IMG/VR virus record: IMGVR_UViG_3300033516_000033
Location: 1 to 34,188 of that record
Origin: a virus
Lineage: Duplodnaviria > Caudoviricetes
Direction: 5' to 3' (one strand)
DNA length: 34,188 nucleotides
The number at the start of each line of letters is the position of its first letter. The first letter of the stretch is position 1. Shown piece by piece: positions 25,177 to 34,188 of this stretch. The position numbers and the translations under genes were made by a program. The notes beneath the pieces are model-generated. The model saw nothing but the letters and a program-made list of their open reading frames with translations. It made no database searches and was not told where the DNA came from.

Positions 25177-26585
25177 TGCCAAATAATCAGAACCAGACAC
25201 AGGATAATCCACAAAGACTCGCTAATTTTTACGAGGCGCGTATTGGAATGTCACGCCTTACAAAAGACACAATAAGCGAAGGTCCAAAGTCTTTGGAACA
25301 AAAAGCATTTAATTTTTTGATTACCGCGCATGTGTATGGTGTAAAAATATTTGAGTCACTTGACGCCGCCTACCGCACGGCGGAAATGATTATTGATGAC
25401 CCAACTAACTTCCGCGCCGTGGTCCCATTCACAGGACATGAAATCATAACTGTCGGATATAAGAACGCTCTTACCGCCTCCGACTCAAAGATGAAGATAA
25501 TTCATTTTATGATTCATAGTATATCAGAAGATGCACATCCAACTAACATGTCTAGTGGATTCAAAAGGCTAACTTTAAAACTTGTAGAATTTCCCGCATT
25601 TGAGTTTCTCATGTCTAACCAATACTACAAGACGTTTCCAATTGATGAAAAAAATACACCAAATCAAAAGTTTTCCGATATCGTCAAAGATATGCTAAAA
25701 GACATAAAGCACTTTGAAAAATGGTATGACATTGAAGTTAAAGATTCTACCCCAAAGAATATAAATTTATTCATTCCAAATTGGATTCCGATGAAGGTTA
25801 TAAATTACTGCAAGAAGTACGCAGTATCACAAGAAAAGAATTACCCAGCCTATGTATTTCATATTGGAAATGTAGTGGGTAATACAAAACCTACTGCTTT
25901 TTTTAAGCCAATATACTCGTTCGTTGATAAAGCCAGCAAATTTAGAGCGTATGGTACATCATATATTGAAACAAATAAGCCACCGGAAACAGGTGAGTAT
26001 AGCATGACAGATGTTATATCAAAATATTTCTTTCAATATCACGACGCTCAGAAGAAGATATGTTCATTTTCCGGCAATACAGAGGTACTTTTTGACTACT
26101 TACAAGACAATACACACATAGCATCAGATTATGACGATTTTATCAAATCAAAACATAAGGGAATATCGCCATATCCAGCATATCCTTATGGTCATGGCAA
26201 CCAATGGAGTAGCTTTCATAAATCACCATGGAATTATGACGAGGGTTCCATTATAATAAAGAACGAACTTCTCAACGAATATGTTAATGGGTTAATAAAT
26301 AACGGCGCATCATGTGGGGGTATGTGTCCTATATTTGAGGGTAGGGCATGTGGGGAGCGAGCAGAGCTTATTATCAATATTAACGATAAAGAAAAGATTT
26401 GCGATAAGATGATGTCGGGTGCCTGGATAACATGGTCTATAATAGATGTCCTTATAAACGGAGCATCTTATTCATCAATTACATTCAAGAGTGATGGGTT
26501 CGTAGAAATTAACGACCCATCAAAAACTTTCAGCAAGATAAATACTATTACAGATCAAAAAGAACCGGAGTCAATAGAGAAATAA
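25176..26585 (+). CDS. Baseplate hub protein (gp27-like)
   Basis: VKIFESL...AEMIIDD...PFTGHEII, FIPNWIP and MSGAWIT fit the hub/gp27 pattern; synteny. Confidence 0.6.
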   Translation: MPNNQNQTQDNPQRLANFYEARIGMSRLTKDTISEGPKSLEQKAFNFLITAHVYGVKIFESLDAAYRTAEMIIDDPTNFRAVVPFTGHEIITVGYKNALTASDSKMKIIHFMIHSISEDAHPTNMSSGFKRLTLKLVEFPAFEFLMSNQYYKTFPIDEKNTPNQKFSDIVKDMLKDIKHFEKWYDIEVKDSTPKNINLFIPNWIPMKVINYCKKYAVSQEKNYPAYVFHIGNVVGNTKPTAFFKPIYSFVDKASKFRAYGTSYIETNKPPETGEYSMTDVISKYFFQYHDAQKKICSFSGNTEVLFDYLQDNTHIASDYDDFIKSKHKGISPYPAYPYGHGNQWSSFHKSPWNYDEGSIIIKNELLNEYVNGLINNGASCGGMCPIFEGRACGERAELIININDKEKICDKMMSGAWITWSIIDVLINGASYSSITFKSDGFVEINDPSKTFSKINTITDQKEPESIEK

Positions 26586-26586
26586 C

Positions 26587-26853
26587 ATGTCAATTAACAG
26601 ATTCAATTGGGATAGATGGGATACGGTTGTTACCAACAGTGACGGCACCAAGGAAGGTGACGTTAACCGTACTGACAATACCTACACATGCGCCTCAGAG
26701 ATTCCTGGTATATCATCAGCCCCATCGGGTAACCCACCTATTACCCCAGGACTTTCTGGTTGCCAGCTATTCATGCCGCCACGCATAGAAGATTTTAATA
26801 TACTACCATCATCGCAGATGCAAATATTCATCTACGGCGAAGGTCAAAACTAA
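26587..26853 (+). CDS. Hypothetical protein
   Basis: 88 aa ORF tiling the operon. Confidence 0.65.
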   Translation: MSINRFNWDRWDTVVTNSDGTKEGDVNRTDNTYTCASEIPGISSAPSGNPPITPGLSGCQLFMPPRIEDFNILPSSQMQIFIYGEGQN

Positions 26854-26861
26854 GGAACCAT

Positions 26862-27281
26862 ATGTCAGACGATTTTAGAAAAGGATCATCGGTTACATTT
26901 GAAGTGAGCAACAAACCATACGTCGATAGAACAGTCACGCCTTCTCTAAATGACTATCGTAATGCTTCATATGCATGGATCAAGATTTATGACCCATGTG
27001 ATAATATCTTCGTTGATTGTCCGATGACTCCTTGCCAAGATCGCATCGGGTGGTATCTTTATCGACTGCAAACAGATGCCGAGTTCCCTCTGGGGCAATA
27101 CAAAGTGGATATTACACTTACCAATGTTGTTCCCGAATCCTCCACGACATGTACATCAGGGACATCCGGCATCCCTGGAATTTCTGGAACACCTTCACCA
27201 TCCGGCACACCAACACCGGACTATTTGGCTACGTCTAGAGGCATCAAATATTTCAGACTCATCAGCGATGATGTGAGATAA
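26862..27281 (+). CDS. Hypothetical beta-rich (Ig-like?) virion protein
   Basis: 139 aa ORF with an AAGGA SD; IKIYDP...GWYLY...GQYKV pattern and a GTS/GTP low-complexity insert. Confidence 0.65.
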   Translation: MSDDFRKGSSVTFEVSNKPYVDRTVTPSLNDYRNASYAWIKIYDPCDNIFVDCPMTPCQDRIGWYLYRLQTDAEFPLGQYKVDITLTNVVPESSTTCTSGTSGIPGISGTPSPSGTPTPDYLATSRGIKYFRLISDDVR

Positions 27282-27289
27282 GGAACAAT

Positions 27290-27955
27290 ATGGCTGACCC
27301 AACATGTTGCAACATAGTATACAACAGCGAAGTGTTACTTAATGAGTTTCATACTAATAACTTTGTGTTTGTATTGGACAATATTCCAGTAAGTTTCTTG
27401 ATGTCGAAGTTCAATACCAAGTGTCTCAATTCTCTTGGACCAAATAAAGAGGATTACGCATCGTTTAATAATGTTGATGCATATAAAGAAGCTAATAATG
27501 ATGTTAGAAATCTTGCCTTGTTCACACAGAAAATAAATATTCCTGGCTGTTCCGTTGACACACAAAAGCTTTCTTTATATTCGACAGCGCCTTTACGGAC
27601 TGTTGGTGGGCACATGACATTCGATAATCTTCAGATGACACTTCAGGTCGATGAGAACTTTTTCATACCTCGTTTCTTCTATCATTGGTTGACTAGTGCA
27701 GCTAATCCAGAAGAGATTATGAAATATAACCAATCGGAACACATACACGAATTTTATACAGACGGGCATTTGCTTCTTTTAGATAACAACCGCGAAAAGA
27801 CCATTGAGATTAAGTTTGAAGGGTTACACCCAAAGTCTGTTAGTTCAATACAACTGTCATCAGAAGCACCAAATAAAGCCTTTATAACAATCGATTGGGT
27901 TTATACCAGTTACGTATTTGCAGACGAGTATAAGACAGTATATGGAAGAGTCTAA
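27290..27955 (+). CDS. Tail completion / tube terminator protein (T4 gp3-like)
   Basis: NNFVFVLDNIP, FTQKINIPG, FDNLQMTLQVDENF...WL and KFEGLHPKSVSSI match the gp3 pattern. Confidence 0.75.
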   Translation: MADPTCCNIVYNSEVLLNEFHTNNFVFVLDNIPVSFLMSKFNTKCLNSLGPNKEDYASFNNVDAYKEANNDVRNLALFTQKINIPGCSVDTQKLSLYSTAPLRTVGGHMTFDNLQMTLQVDENFFIPRFFYHWLTSAANPEEIMKYNQSEHIHEFYTDGHLLLLDNNREKTIEIKFEGLHPKSVSSIQLSSEAPNKAFITIDWVYTSYVFADEYKTVYGRV

Positions 27956-28164
27956 TGAACTATGACGAAATAGTTCAACGATACCCATGTCCAGATCGTC
28001 GCGGCATGGGATTCACTGGCTGCACATGTACTAACAATTATAGACAAGACCCTCGTTTTGTTGATTGTGCAGCATATGGTTCAAAGACTACCCGTATAGA
28101 GAACTGTATCAATTGCCCATTCCAAATGCAACACGATGCTAAGAAGCGTCAATTAAATGGATAA
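27955..28164 (+). CDS. Small Cys-rich hypothetical protein
   Basis: 69 aa with 6 Cys (CxC, CxxC); TAATG coupling. Confidence 0.65.
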   Translation: MNYDEIVQRYPCPDRRGMGFTGCTCTNNYRQDPRFVDCAAYGSKTTRIENCINCPFQMQHDAKKRQLNG

Positions 28165-28181
28165 ATGTAAAATGCAATTCG

Positions 28182-28189
28182 TATAAATA
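28182..28189 (+). promoter_or_regulatory. T4-type late promoter TATAAATA
   Basis: Exact consensus in an intergenic gap, then a GAGGA SD and ATG 28207. Confidence 0.8.
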
Positions 28190-28206
28190 TGCTATGAGGA
28201 CAACTC

Positions 28207-29469
28207 ATGGCATTTCTAATACGGGAACATTTTAAAAAGGAACTCAACGAACTCTTTGGGCTTGTTGAGGATGAACTTGACGATATTGTTGACGAGGTTA
28301 GCACAGATGCCAAATCTGACGACGGCTCCGCTGATCCAGCCGCTGACCCAGAAGCCAACCCAGAAGCCAACCCAGAAGCCGACCCAGAAGCCAACCCAGA
28401 AGCTGATCCAGCCGCCGATCCAGCCGCCGATCCAGAAGCTGATCCAGAAGCCGAAGAAGATGATCTTGCAGGAGCAGCGCCAGACCCCCCAGAGTCAGAA
28501 GTTGTCCCAGGAACTGGCGATGAAGTTAAATCAGAAGGAACTGATGATGCATCGAAGGTTGATTCGATGTTCAAGGATATAGGCAAGCCAGAAACCGACT
28601 ATGGTCTGACTAATCCTAACAATATTCGTCTTGCCAAGTTCCGTTTTAAGAGAGCAGGAATAACCGTCGAACAGATGATGAACGAAGTTGAGCAAAAGGT
28701 TGGATTAACCGTAGAAAAGTTGATCTACCGACTCACACCGGAACAATATGAGTCATATAAGGATAAGGGCAAGGAACTTCGCAAGAAGTATGACCTCATC
28801 GAAAAGCGCGAAAAGAACATTATCATGTTTAATTCACGTATTCCTATCTATTATTCTGACAAGAACACTGGTGAAGTACAGGAAATTGACGAACATAATC
28901 CAAACCTTCTCAAAAATGCCTTCTCAAAGATTGATGAATTCATGATTAAGCGTTTTGGTGAACAATGGGTAGATGACCTCAATGCCGTTGACTTTTTACA
29001 AGGCATAAAAGTCAACTTCGCTGAGAAAGAAACAATCACCCCTAACATGATCACAGCTAAATTCTTCGCAACCGAAGAAGAGAAGATTATGCCATTTAAC
29101 AAGTTATATGTCAAGACACCAAAATCTGTCGATGACTTTGTAAAAGAAAACAAGGAAAATCAGTCTTATCTTCGTAGTGCCGTATATCGTGCCCTTGCTG
29201 CCGGTTACCTGGAAGATTCAACTGACCGTACAGGTGTTTTTGCTATGATAAAGAGTGACGGCGGCGAAGAAGGTGCCACTGGTGACGGCGATGCTACCGA
29301 CGATGTAGAAGCAGAAGCCGAAGGTGATACAGGTGATACAGGAGACACAGGTGGTGATCCTACTGCCGAAGAAGGATCCTCAGAAGGAGATGTGGGCGGA
29401 GACATAGATGCAATGCTCGGAGACGCTGGTGGTGGTGGTGGTGAAGAACCGCAAGCAGAACCTGTATAA
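28207..29469 (+). CDS. Late acidic protein with low-complexity termini, possibly an internal head protein
   Basis: 420 aa; own late promoter; N-terminal LIRE/LNE/LVE sites; PEAN/PAAD repeats. Confidence 0.75.
   Translation: MAFLIREHFKKELNELFGLVEDELDDIVDEVSTDAKSDDGSADPAADPEANPEANPEADPEANPEADPAADPAADPEADPEAEEDDLAGAAPDPPESEVVPGTGDEVKSEGTDDASKVDSMFKDIGKPETDYGLTNPNNIRLAKFRFKRAGITVEQMMNEVEQKVGLTVEKLIYRLTPEQYESYKDKGKELRKKYDLIEKREKNIIMFNSRIPIYYSDKNTGEVQEIDEHNPNLLKNAFSKIDEFMIKRFGEQWVDDLNAVDFLQGIKVNFAEKETITPNMITAKFFATEEEKIMPFNKLYVKTPKSVDDFVKENKENQSYLRSAVYRALAAGYLEDSTDRTGVFAMIKSDGGEEGATGDGDATDDVEAEAEGDTGDTGDTGGDPTAEEGSSEGDVGGDIDAMLGDAGGGGGEEPQAEPV
28330..28452 (+). repeat. 12-nt in-frame tandem repeat, about 10 copies (ADPA/ANPE/ADPE)
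   Basis: GCC(A/G)ACCCAGAA and GC(C/T)GATCCAGCC units seen directly. Confidence 0.9.
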
Positions 29470-29487
29470 TACATTAAAGGAAATTTC

Positions 29488-29772
29488 ATGGACAAAAAAC
29501 TAGACCCGGCATCACAAACAATTGTTGAGAAATGTATTTCAGAAGTTGTTAATAAATATGTAGAAGAGTCCAAGTATTTTACAGCGGACAGCCTGCATTA
29601 CATTCGCAGTAAAATTACATCTTTAGTTCATCAACGCCTTGGTGATGATTTTGTAGCTCGTATAGATGTCGGTCTTGATCTATCAAAAATGGAAAATCTT
29701 CCATTTTTCTTCAAGATAGATATTCCTAAAGAGAAAGCTGAGCAAATGCTCATAAAGGAAGCTAAAGAATAA
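29488..29772 (+). CDS. Hypothetical protein
   Basis: 94 aa ORF with an AAGGA SD. Confidence 0.7.
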   Translation: MDKKLDPASQTIVEKCISEVVNKYVEESKYFTADSLHYIRSKITSLVHQRLGDDFVARIDVGLDLSKMENLPFFFKIDIPKEKAEQMLIKEAKE

Positions 29773-31085
29773 TGCCACTATATCGTAAGCCAAAGGATAT
29801 TCCTTATCAATCTGCAAACCCAGATGCAGTGAAAGATATACCTTTCGCTACGACTACTGTTTACCCAGAAATCACAATTGAATTTGTAAATGCACACGTA
29901 GAGGATAAATTAGAGCGTCAACTAGCATTAGCACTCTTGAATATTGACTCAACGAAGAATGCAGTAATTGACGGCACAAATCTTAAGTCAATTGCTACAC
30001 ATAAAGGAACTTTACCAGTTGGTAAAATAAGCTACTCACCAGTTCCTATATTCATTGGGTCACCAGAGGCACCAACAGAAGAGTTTTTGTATTTCAATCC
30101 AGAAATTAGTCAAAACAAGCCAAGTTTCTTCAATAGTCTCAAGGCTGACTGTGAGACATCTTTCTTGTTTGCACAAGTCAAACCAGTATTATCTAATAAT
30201 CGCGGCATTTACCGCAAGCCTCCGATATCAATACCACCCCCTTATGCTGTATCATATCCGGCAGACGCTTTAACAAATACTACAACATCAACTATATTTG
30301 TTAACCAGCGTAGTTCTGATATAGAAATAAGGTCGTTGGAAATTCTCGTTGTTAAGCTTGGTCTTGGGTTATCTGTTGTTTCGGACAACCCAGTAAATTA
30401 TGACACATGGTACGATGACTCTTGGAAAACTTTTAGTACAGGTGGTGTCGGATTCGGATATACAAACGTTGTCGATAAATCAAACACACCATATGCGGTT
30501 GGTTCTAGGTATAATTGGACATTCGGTAGTATTTTTCTTACTAAGTCATTTGGAGACAGTAATCCAATAAGAACAGATTTTGGTTTGCAGGAAATAAACT
30601 ACGAATATTCAAATTCTTCAGTAAAGCTTGTGGGATGGAAATATATAGTAAGCGATACAGCACCATACCGGTATAAGAATACAGAAAGTGTTATAGCTGG
30701 TAAGATAATGAATCCAGTAGATGATACAAAAGTATATGGTAGGCAGCTTTTGACATACATATTGAAGTCTTTTGAAGAAGGACGATGCATTACCATAGGT
30801 AACAAACACGGCGGCATTGAGATTGGCGTCAGCTTCTATCACAATGGCAACTGTTGTGAGTGTGATGATGACTCATCATCTAGTTCATCATCATCCTCTA
30901 TAGATTCAGAATCTTCGTCAAGTTCATCGGATAGTTCTCATTCATCACAGTCAGAAAGCAGCTTGTCTAGTGACTCATCGAATTCATCGTCTAGTTCATC
31001 ATCAAGTTCATCGTCCAGTTCATCATCCGATTCATCATCAAGTTCACTGATAACATCTGACACATCAGAAAGCTCGGACATCTAA
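29772..31085 (+). CDS. Hypothetical protein with a C-terminal poly-Ser tail of about 70 aa
   Basis: 437 aa; TAATG coupling on both ends; Ser tract at ~30872-31080 after NCCEC. Confidence 0.8.
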   Translation: MPLYRKPKDIPYQSANPDAVKDIPFATTTVYPEITIEFVNAHVEDKLERQLALALLNIDSTKNAVIDGTNLKSIATHKGTLPVGKISYSPVPIFIGSPEAPTEEFLYFNPEISQNKPSFFNSLKADCETSFLFAQVKPVLSNNRGIYRKPPISIPPPYAVSYPADALTNTTTSTIFVNQRSSDIEIRSLEILVVKLGLGLSVVSDNPVNYDTWYDDSWKTFSTGGVGFGYTNVVDKSNTPYAVGSRYNWTFGSIFLTKSFGDSNPIRTDFGLQEINYEYSNSSVKLVGWKYIVSDTAPYRYKNTESVIAGKIMNPVDDTKVYGRQLLTYILKSFEEGRCITIGNKHGGIEIGVSFYHNGNCCECDDDSSSSSSSSSIDSESSSSSSDSSHSSQSESSLSSDSSNSSSSSSSSSSSSSSSDSSSSSLITSDTSESSDI

Positions 31086-33325
31086 TGTTTGATACAACAG
31101 TACCATCAAATACATACGAAGTAAAAAACCTAGCTAATGGCGAAGGTTTCGTATACGTAGGTAAATCAGCACTTGTCGAGCAGCCGGGAGGAAACCGCAC
31201 TATTACTGAGGGAAATAACTGTCTAGCGACTTTTATGGTAGGTAGTATAGTCCCTGGTCGTAATATTCGTTTAGATATTCCAACTGAGAAGGATCCAAAT
31301 ATATTCTTGGATGCTAAGTTCTTCGACTTCGAAGCTTATAGCCCACAGATTACTGGGTCATGTGTCCTTGGACACACGTCTGACACATCAGGCGACATAT
31401 CATACTATTTTAGAACCATAACTAATGACGGCTCAGCATCGAATGATTCATGGACGATCATTGAAGCTGATGATGCCAGTTTCTACATTGGATACGACGG
31501 TCTGACTTATTATAAACAAGCAGATGGATCGTATTCTCGTTCCATTGTAGCAACCAATCCAAATTCTCTTATTCTCAAGACACATACGCTTGATATCAAT
31601 AATTCACACCCATTCATGCCAAGTTTGTATACACACAAGACAAAGGACGAATACGGCAACACCACATTCTACCTGAATAAGCTCATTGCCGGTCCTGGGC
31701 TTACTATCAAGGATGATGGCGATACATTACGTTTTGATTTTGATTATAATAAGGCTCGCCCGACACCATGTTGTAATTCAGACTATAGCGGGTACGGAAT
31801 CTACGATCCTGTTTCTGTCTCTTCGTCATCGATTGAAAAGATTACTTGTTCAGACTTCGCCACCATGTACCTCGTTGGGTACGATTTCAAGAAGAACGCT
31901 CTCCTTGATGTTGTTACATGTGAAGGAGGTTTCTGTAACTGGTCTAAAGATATATACACGTTCAGTGTCATTACGGGGGCACCTCTAGACTTCAACAGTT
32001 CATCGTCAAGCAGCAGTTCCAGTTCCTCTGAGTCAAGTTCAAGTGACTCATCAAGTTCACAATCTGAATTACATGGCGTAGCCGTAGTAGAAATACATAA
32101 CATCTATACGGAAGATGATCCCAATGCACCTTTCTTCCCAAATGGAACTTACAACCTTGTTTATACCGCCCATCACTTCTGGGAGACGCCAGCAGTCCCT
32201 GGTAACCCAGATGCCCCATATATAAGTATCGCATATGTAGAGACTCCTGCTGGATGGCAATGGAAGGCAAATTACGGTTGTGGATTCCGCAAGACATGTG
32301 GGTATGGTTGCTCACCAAGTAACTGTGCGCTATCCAATGTAGTCTACGACAAAGAGGATATATGGTCATACTTTGCATTTCCAGCCAACGTATTTAGCTT
32401 CAACTCTGAGGCATACAAATGCGGTAGTCCGTTGTTTGTTCGCGGCATGACCGTTAAGTATCTACATGGAGGAGAATTCATATGGAACGCCGAATCATCA
32501 AGTTCCTCAAGTTCCTCATCTAATTCTTCATCTAGCTCATCATCATTGAGCGATTCATCAACGTCTAGCGATTCGTCTGAGTCTAGCAGTTCATCATCTA
32601 GTAGCTATTTGGAATTTCACGCTCCTTACTATATACGTTCTGGTTGGTATTATCGTCTTAAGGCAGAAGAAACCACAGAAGGATACTTCATGTGGAACTT
32701 GCGTGTCATGAAGTATGAAACATATTACCGTGATTGTCTAGATGATGAGTCTAGCGATTACTACCGCGACTTCGACAGAGACTTTGACCAACAAGAACGC
32801 AAGGTATATCGTCAAGATACACAGTTGCTTGTGTTGACTCTTGCTACTAGTGGTGCATTCGACCTATTTACCAGAGACGAACCATTACAACCAAATGGTC
32901 GCTTCTTATATAACGAAGAGTTAACGAAGGATTGGGTTGAGTTGACTGCTCCGCCTATATACGCCCGCGCAGATCCTTCCCGCATAGAATACAACGTTGA
33001 TGAGCTACGTTTGAGTGGTCCACATAACAACAATGCAAATACATTCGCGGACATTACCAAGACGTTCACCGACTGTGGTCCTTATATAGAATCGTCAAGT
33101 TCATCGCATAGCGATTCTGAGACTATGGGACCAATGGTATCTGAGTCGAGCAACTCATCTAGTAGCTCGTCAAGCAGCAGTTCAAGCAGCAGTTCAAGCC
33201 TATCATCATGGTCATCACGTAGTAGCTCGTCCAGTAGCAGTTCAAGCGACTCATCAAGTTCCTTTAGTTCCTATTCAGGCTCAGATTCTAGTGAATCTTC
33301 GTCGTTCGTAGTCATTATTGATTAA
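31085..33325 (+). CDS. Multidomain putative virion surface protein with poly-Ser linkers
   Basis: 746 aa; beta-rich segments separated by Ser tracts at ~31997-32065, ~32495-32606 and ~33091-33305; IVPGRNIRL and LIAGPGLTI fibre-like motifs. Confidence 0.75.
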   Translation: MFDTTVPSNTYEVKNLANGEGFVYVGKSALVEQPGGNRTITEGNNCLATFMVGSIVPGRNIRLDIPTEKDPNIFLDAKFFDFEAYSPQITGSCVLGHTSDTSGDISYYFRTITNDGSASNDSWTIIEADDASFYIGYDGLTYYKQADGSYSRSIVATNPNSLILKTHTLDINNSHPFMPSLYTHKTKDEYGNTTFYLNKLIAGPGLTIKDDGDTLRFDFDYNKARPTPCCNSDYSGYGIYDPVSVSSSSIEKITCSDFATMYLVGYDFKKNALLDVVTCEGGFCNWSKDIYTFSVITGAPLDFNSSSSSSSSSSSESSSSDSSSSQSELHGVAVVEIHNIYTEDDPNAPFFPNGTYNLVYTAHHFWETPAVPGNPDAPYISIAYVETPAGWQWKANYGCGFRKTCGYGCSPSNCALSNVVYDKEDIWSYFAFPANVFSFNSEAYKCGSPLFVRGMTVKYLHGGEFIWNAESSSSSSSSSNSSSSSSSLSDSSTSSDSSESSSSSSSSYLEFHAPYYIRSGWYYRLKAEETTEGYFMWNLRVMKYETYYRDCLDDESSDYYRDFDRDFDQQERKVYRQDTQLLVLTLATSGAFDLFTRDEPLQPNGRFLYNEELTKDWVELTAPPIYARADPSRIEYNVDELRLSGPHNNNANTFADITKTFTDCGPYIESSSSSHSDSETMGPMVSESSNSSSSSSSSSSSSSSSLSSWSSRSSSSSSSSSDSSSSFSSYSGSDSSESSSFVVIID

Positions 33326-33338
33326 ATATAATAAACTC

Positions 33339-33347
33339 TGATATAAT
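33339..33347 (+). promoter_or_regulatory. Extended -10 promoter TGaTATAAT, probably giving a leaderless transcript
   Basis: Ends 7 nt before ATG 33355; no SD is visible. Confidence 0.5.
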
Positions 33348-33354
33348 AATTTAG

Positions 33355-33942
33355 ATGCTTGCATTTCCTGTAACCAAGCCCAATGTCCCAGTGGACATGC
33401 ACGGCTGGTTCGATGATCGTAATAAAGAGTTTTTAAAAGATATTATAACCCCACAGATGAAGGTTATAGTTGAGCTTGGGGCATGGCTAGGAACCAGCAC
33501 CAGATGGCTATGTGATAATAGTTCTGCTAAAGTGTTCTCGGTGGATCATTGGCAAGGATCAATTGAGCATCAGGGCAGGAAGGATGTTAAGGATAAGCTT
33601 TCGACCCTCTATGAGACATTTCTTGTTAATTGCTGGTCACATAAAGATAGGATTGTACCGGTTCGTATGAACACTATATCAGGAATGCACTATATTCATG
33701 ACAATGACATCGTACCAGATATGATATTCGTGGACGCTAGTCATGAATACGAGGATGTTTTAAAAGATTTAGAAACAGCTAATATGCTTTTCCCAAGAGC
33801 TATTTTATGCGGAGATGATTGGTCATGGAGAAATCGGAAGCAAGATAAGCGAAAAACAGTTAAGGAAGCTGTTAAAACATTTTCGAAACAGAAGAAGTTG
33901 AAGATCATTCACAATAGCCGTTGCTGGATGATAAAAAAGTAA
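33355..33942 (+). CDS. Class I SAM-dependent methyltransferase (Methyltransf_24-like)
   Basis: IVELGAWLGTST, VFSVDHWQGS, DMIFVDASHEYEDV and LCGDDW motifs. Confidence 0.88.
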   Translation: MLAFPVTKPNVPVDMHGWFDDRNKEFLKDIITPQMKVIVELGAWLGTSTRWLCDNSSAKVFSVDHWQGSIEHQGRKDVKDKLSTLYETFLVNCWSHKDRIVPVRMNTISGMHYIHDNDIVPDMIFVDASHEYEDVLKDLETANMLFPRAILCGDDWSWRNRKQDKRKTVKEAVKTFSKQKKLKIIHNSRCWMIKK

Positions 33943-33971
33943 AAATCTATCATTTTTAAAAGGAGAGAATT

Positions 33972-34188
33972 ATGGCTATTTTAAAAGCTTTAGGTAAGCA
34001 AGAATTAAAGGAACTTGGATGTAACTTTGTGGTTGCAAATGTTCCAGTCTTTGCTGCTGTGAGTGATCCTAAAAAGGTCAACCACATGGTCATTACACGG
34101 TTCAGTACACTTGAAGAGGTCAAAGACTTCGTTCAGAAGAACACGCCTTTCGTTTTATTTGATACCACTGGTGTTTATAAAGAGAAGG
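33972..34188 (+). CDS. Hypothetical protein, truncated by the window end
   Basis: AGGAG SD at 33961-33965 and ATG 33972; open to the end (MAILKALGKQELKELGCNFVVANVP...). Confidence 0.7.
   Translation, partial: MAILKALGKQELKELGCNFVVANVPVFAAVSDPKKVNHMVITRFSTLEEVKDFVQKNTPFVLFDTTGVYKEK

Noticed and set aside
28330-28452. Possible CRISPR-like array
   Set aside because: These are 12-nt contiguous in-frame coding repeats without spacers.
958-33069. Numerous minus-strand and alternate-frame ORFs in the track (e.g. 1375-2094, 21755-22156, 28149-28586, 28256-28582)
   Set aside because: They are shadows of well-supported + strand genes or by-products of low-complexity repeats, with no motifs or expression signals.
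1-34188. Stop-codon reassignment, suggested by near-exclusive TAA use (no TAG stops, three TGA)
   Set aside because: All conserved genes are full length under the standard code and tile the window. No in-frame TAG or TGA interrupts a recognisable protein.

Overview
A 34 kb, entirely + strand virion morphogenesis region of a large T4-like (Tevenvirinae-related, possibly jumbo) myophage. Gene order: portal C-terminus, prohead core, gp21 protease, gp22 scaffold, gp23 major capsid, neck gp13/gp14, gp15, small and large terminase, gp18 sheath, two gp19-like tube genes, gp26/gp51-like, tape measure, gp48/gp53/gp27-like baseplate genes, gp3-like, then acidic and poly-Ser proteins and a SAM methyltransferase. 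T4-type late promoters (TATAAATA) are frequent. Main points of interest: (1) the large terminase is split into two genes joined by an atypically split intein (31 aa IntN, 108 aa IntC) with a free-standing HNH endonuclease between them; (2) a start-less gp51-like ORF missing from the ORF track is reachable by a -1 frameshift at T TTT TTT at the end of the gp26-like gene; (3) two large enzyme-like cargo genes sit inside the neck module: a gp88-like 3-Cys protein and a zincin-methyltransferase-zincin protein with repeated protease-site-like linkers; (4) poly-Ser proteins lie next to a methyltransferase; (5) several genes look leaderless. All product calls come from motif recognition and synteny; no database searches were run.
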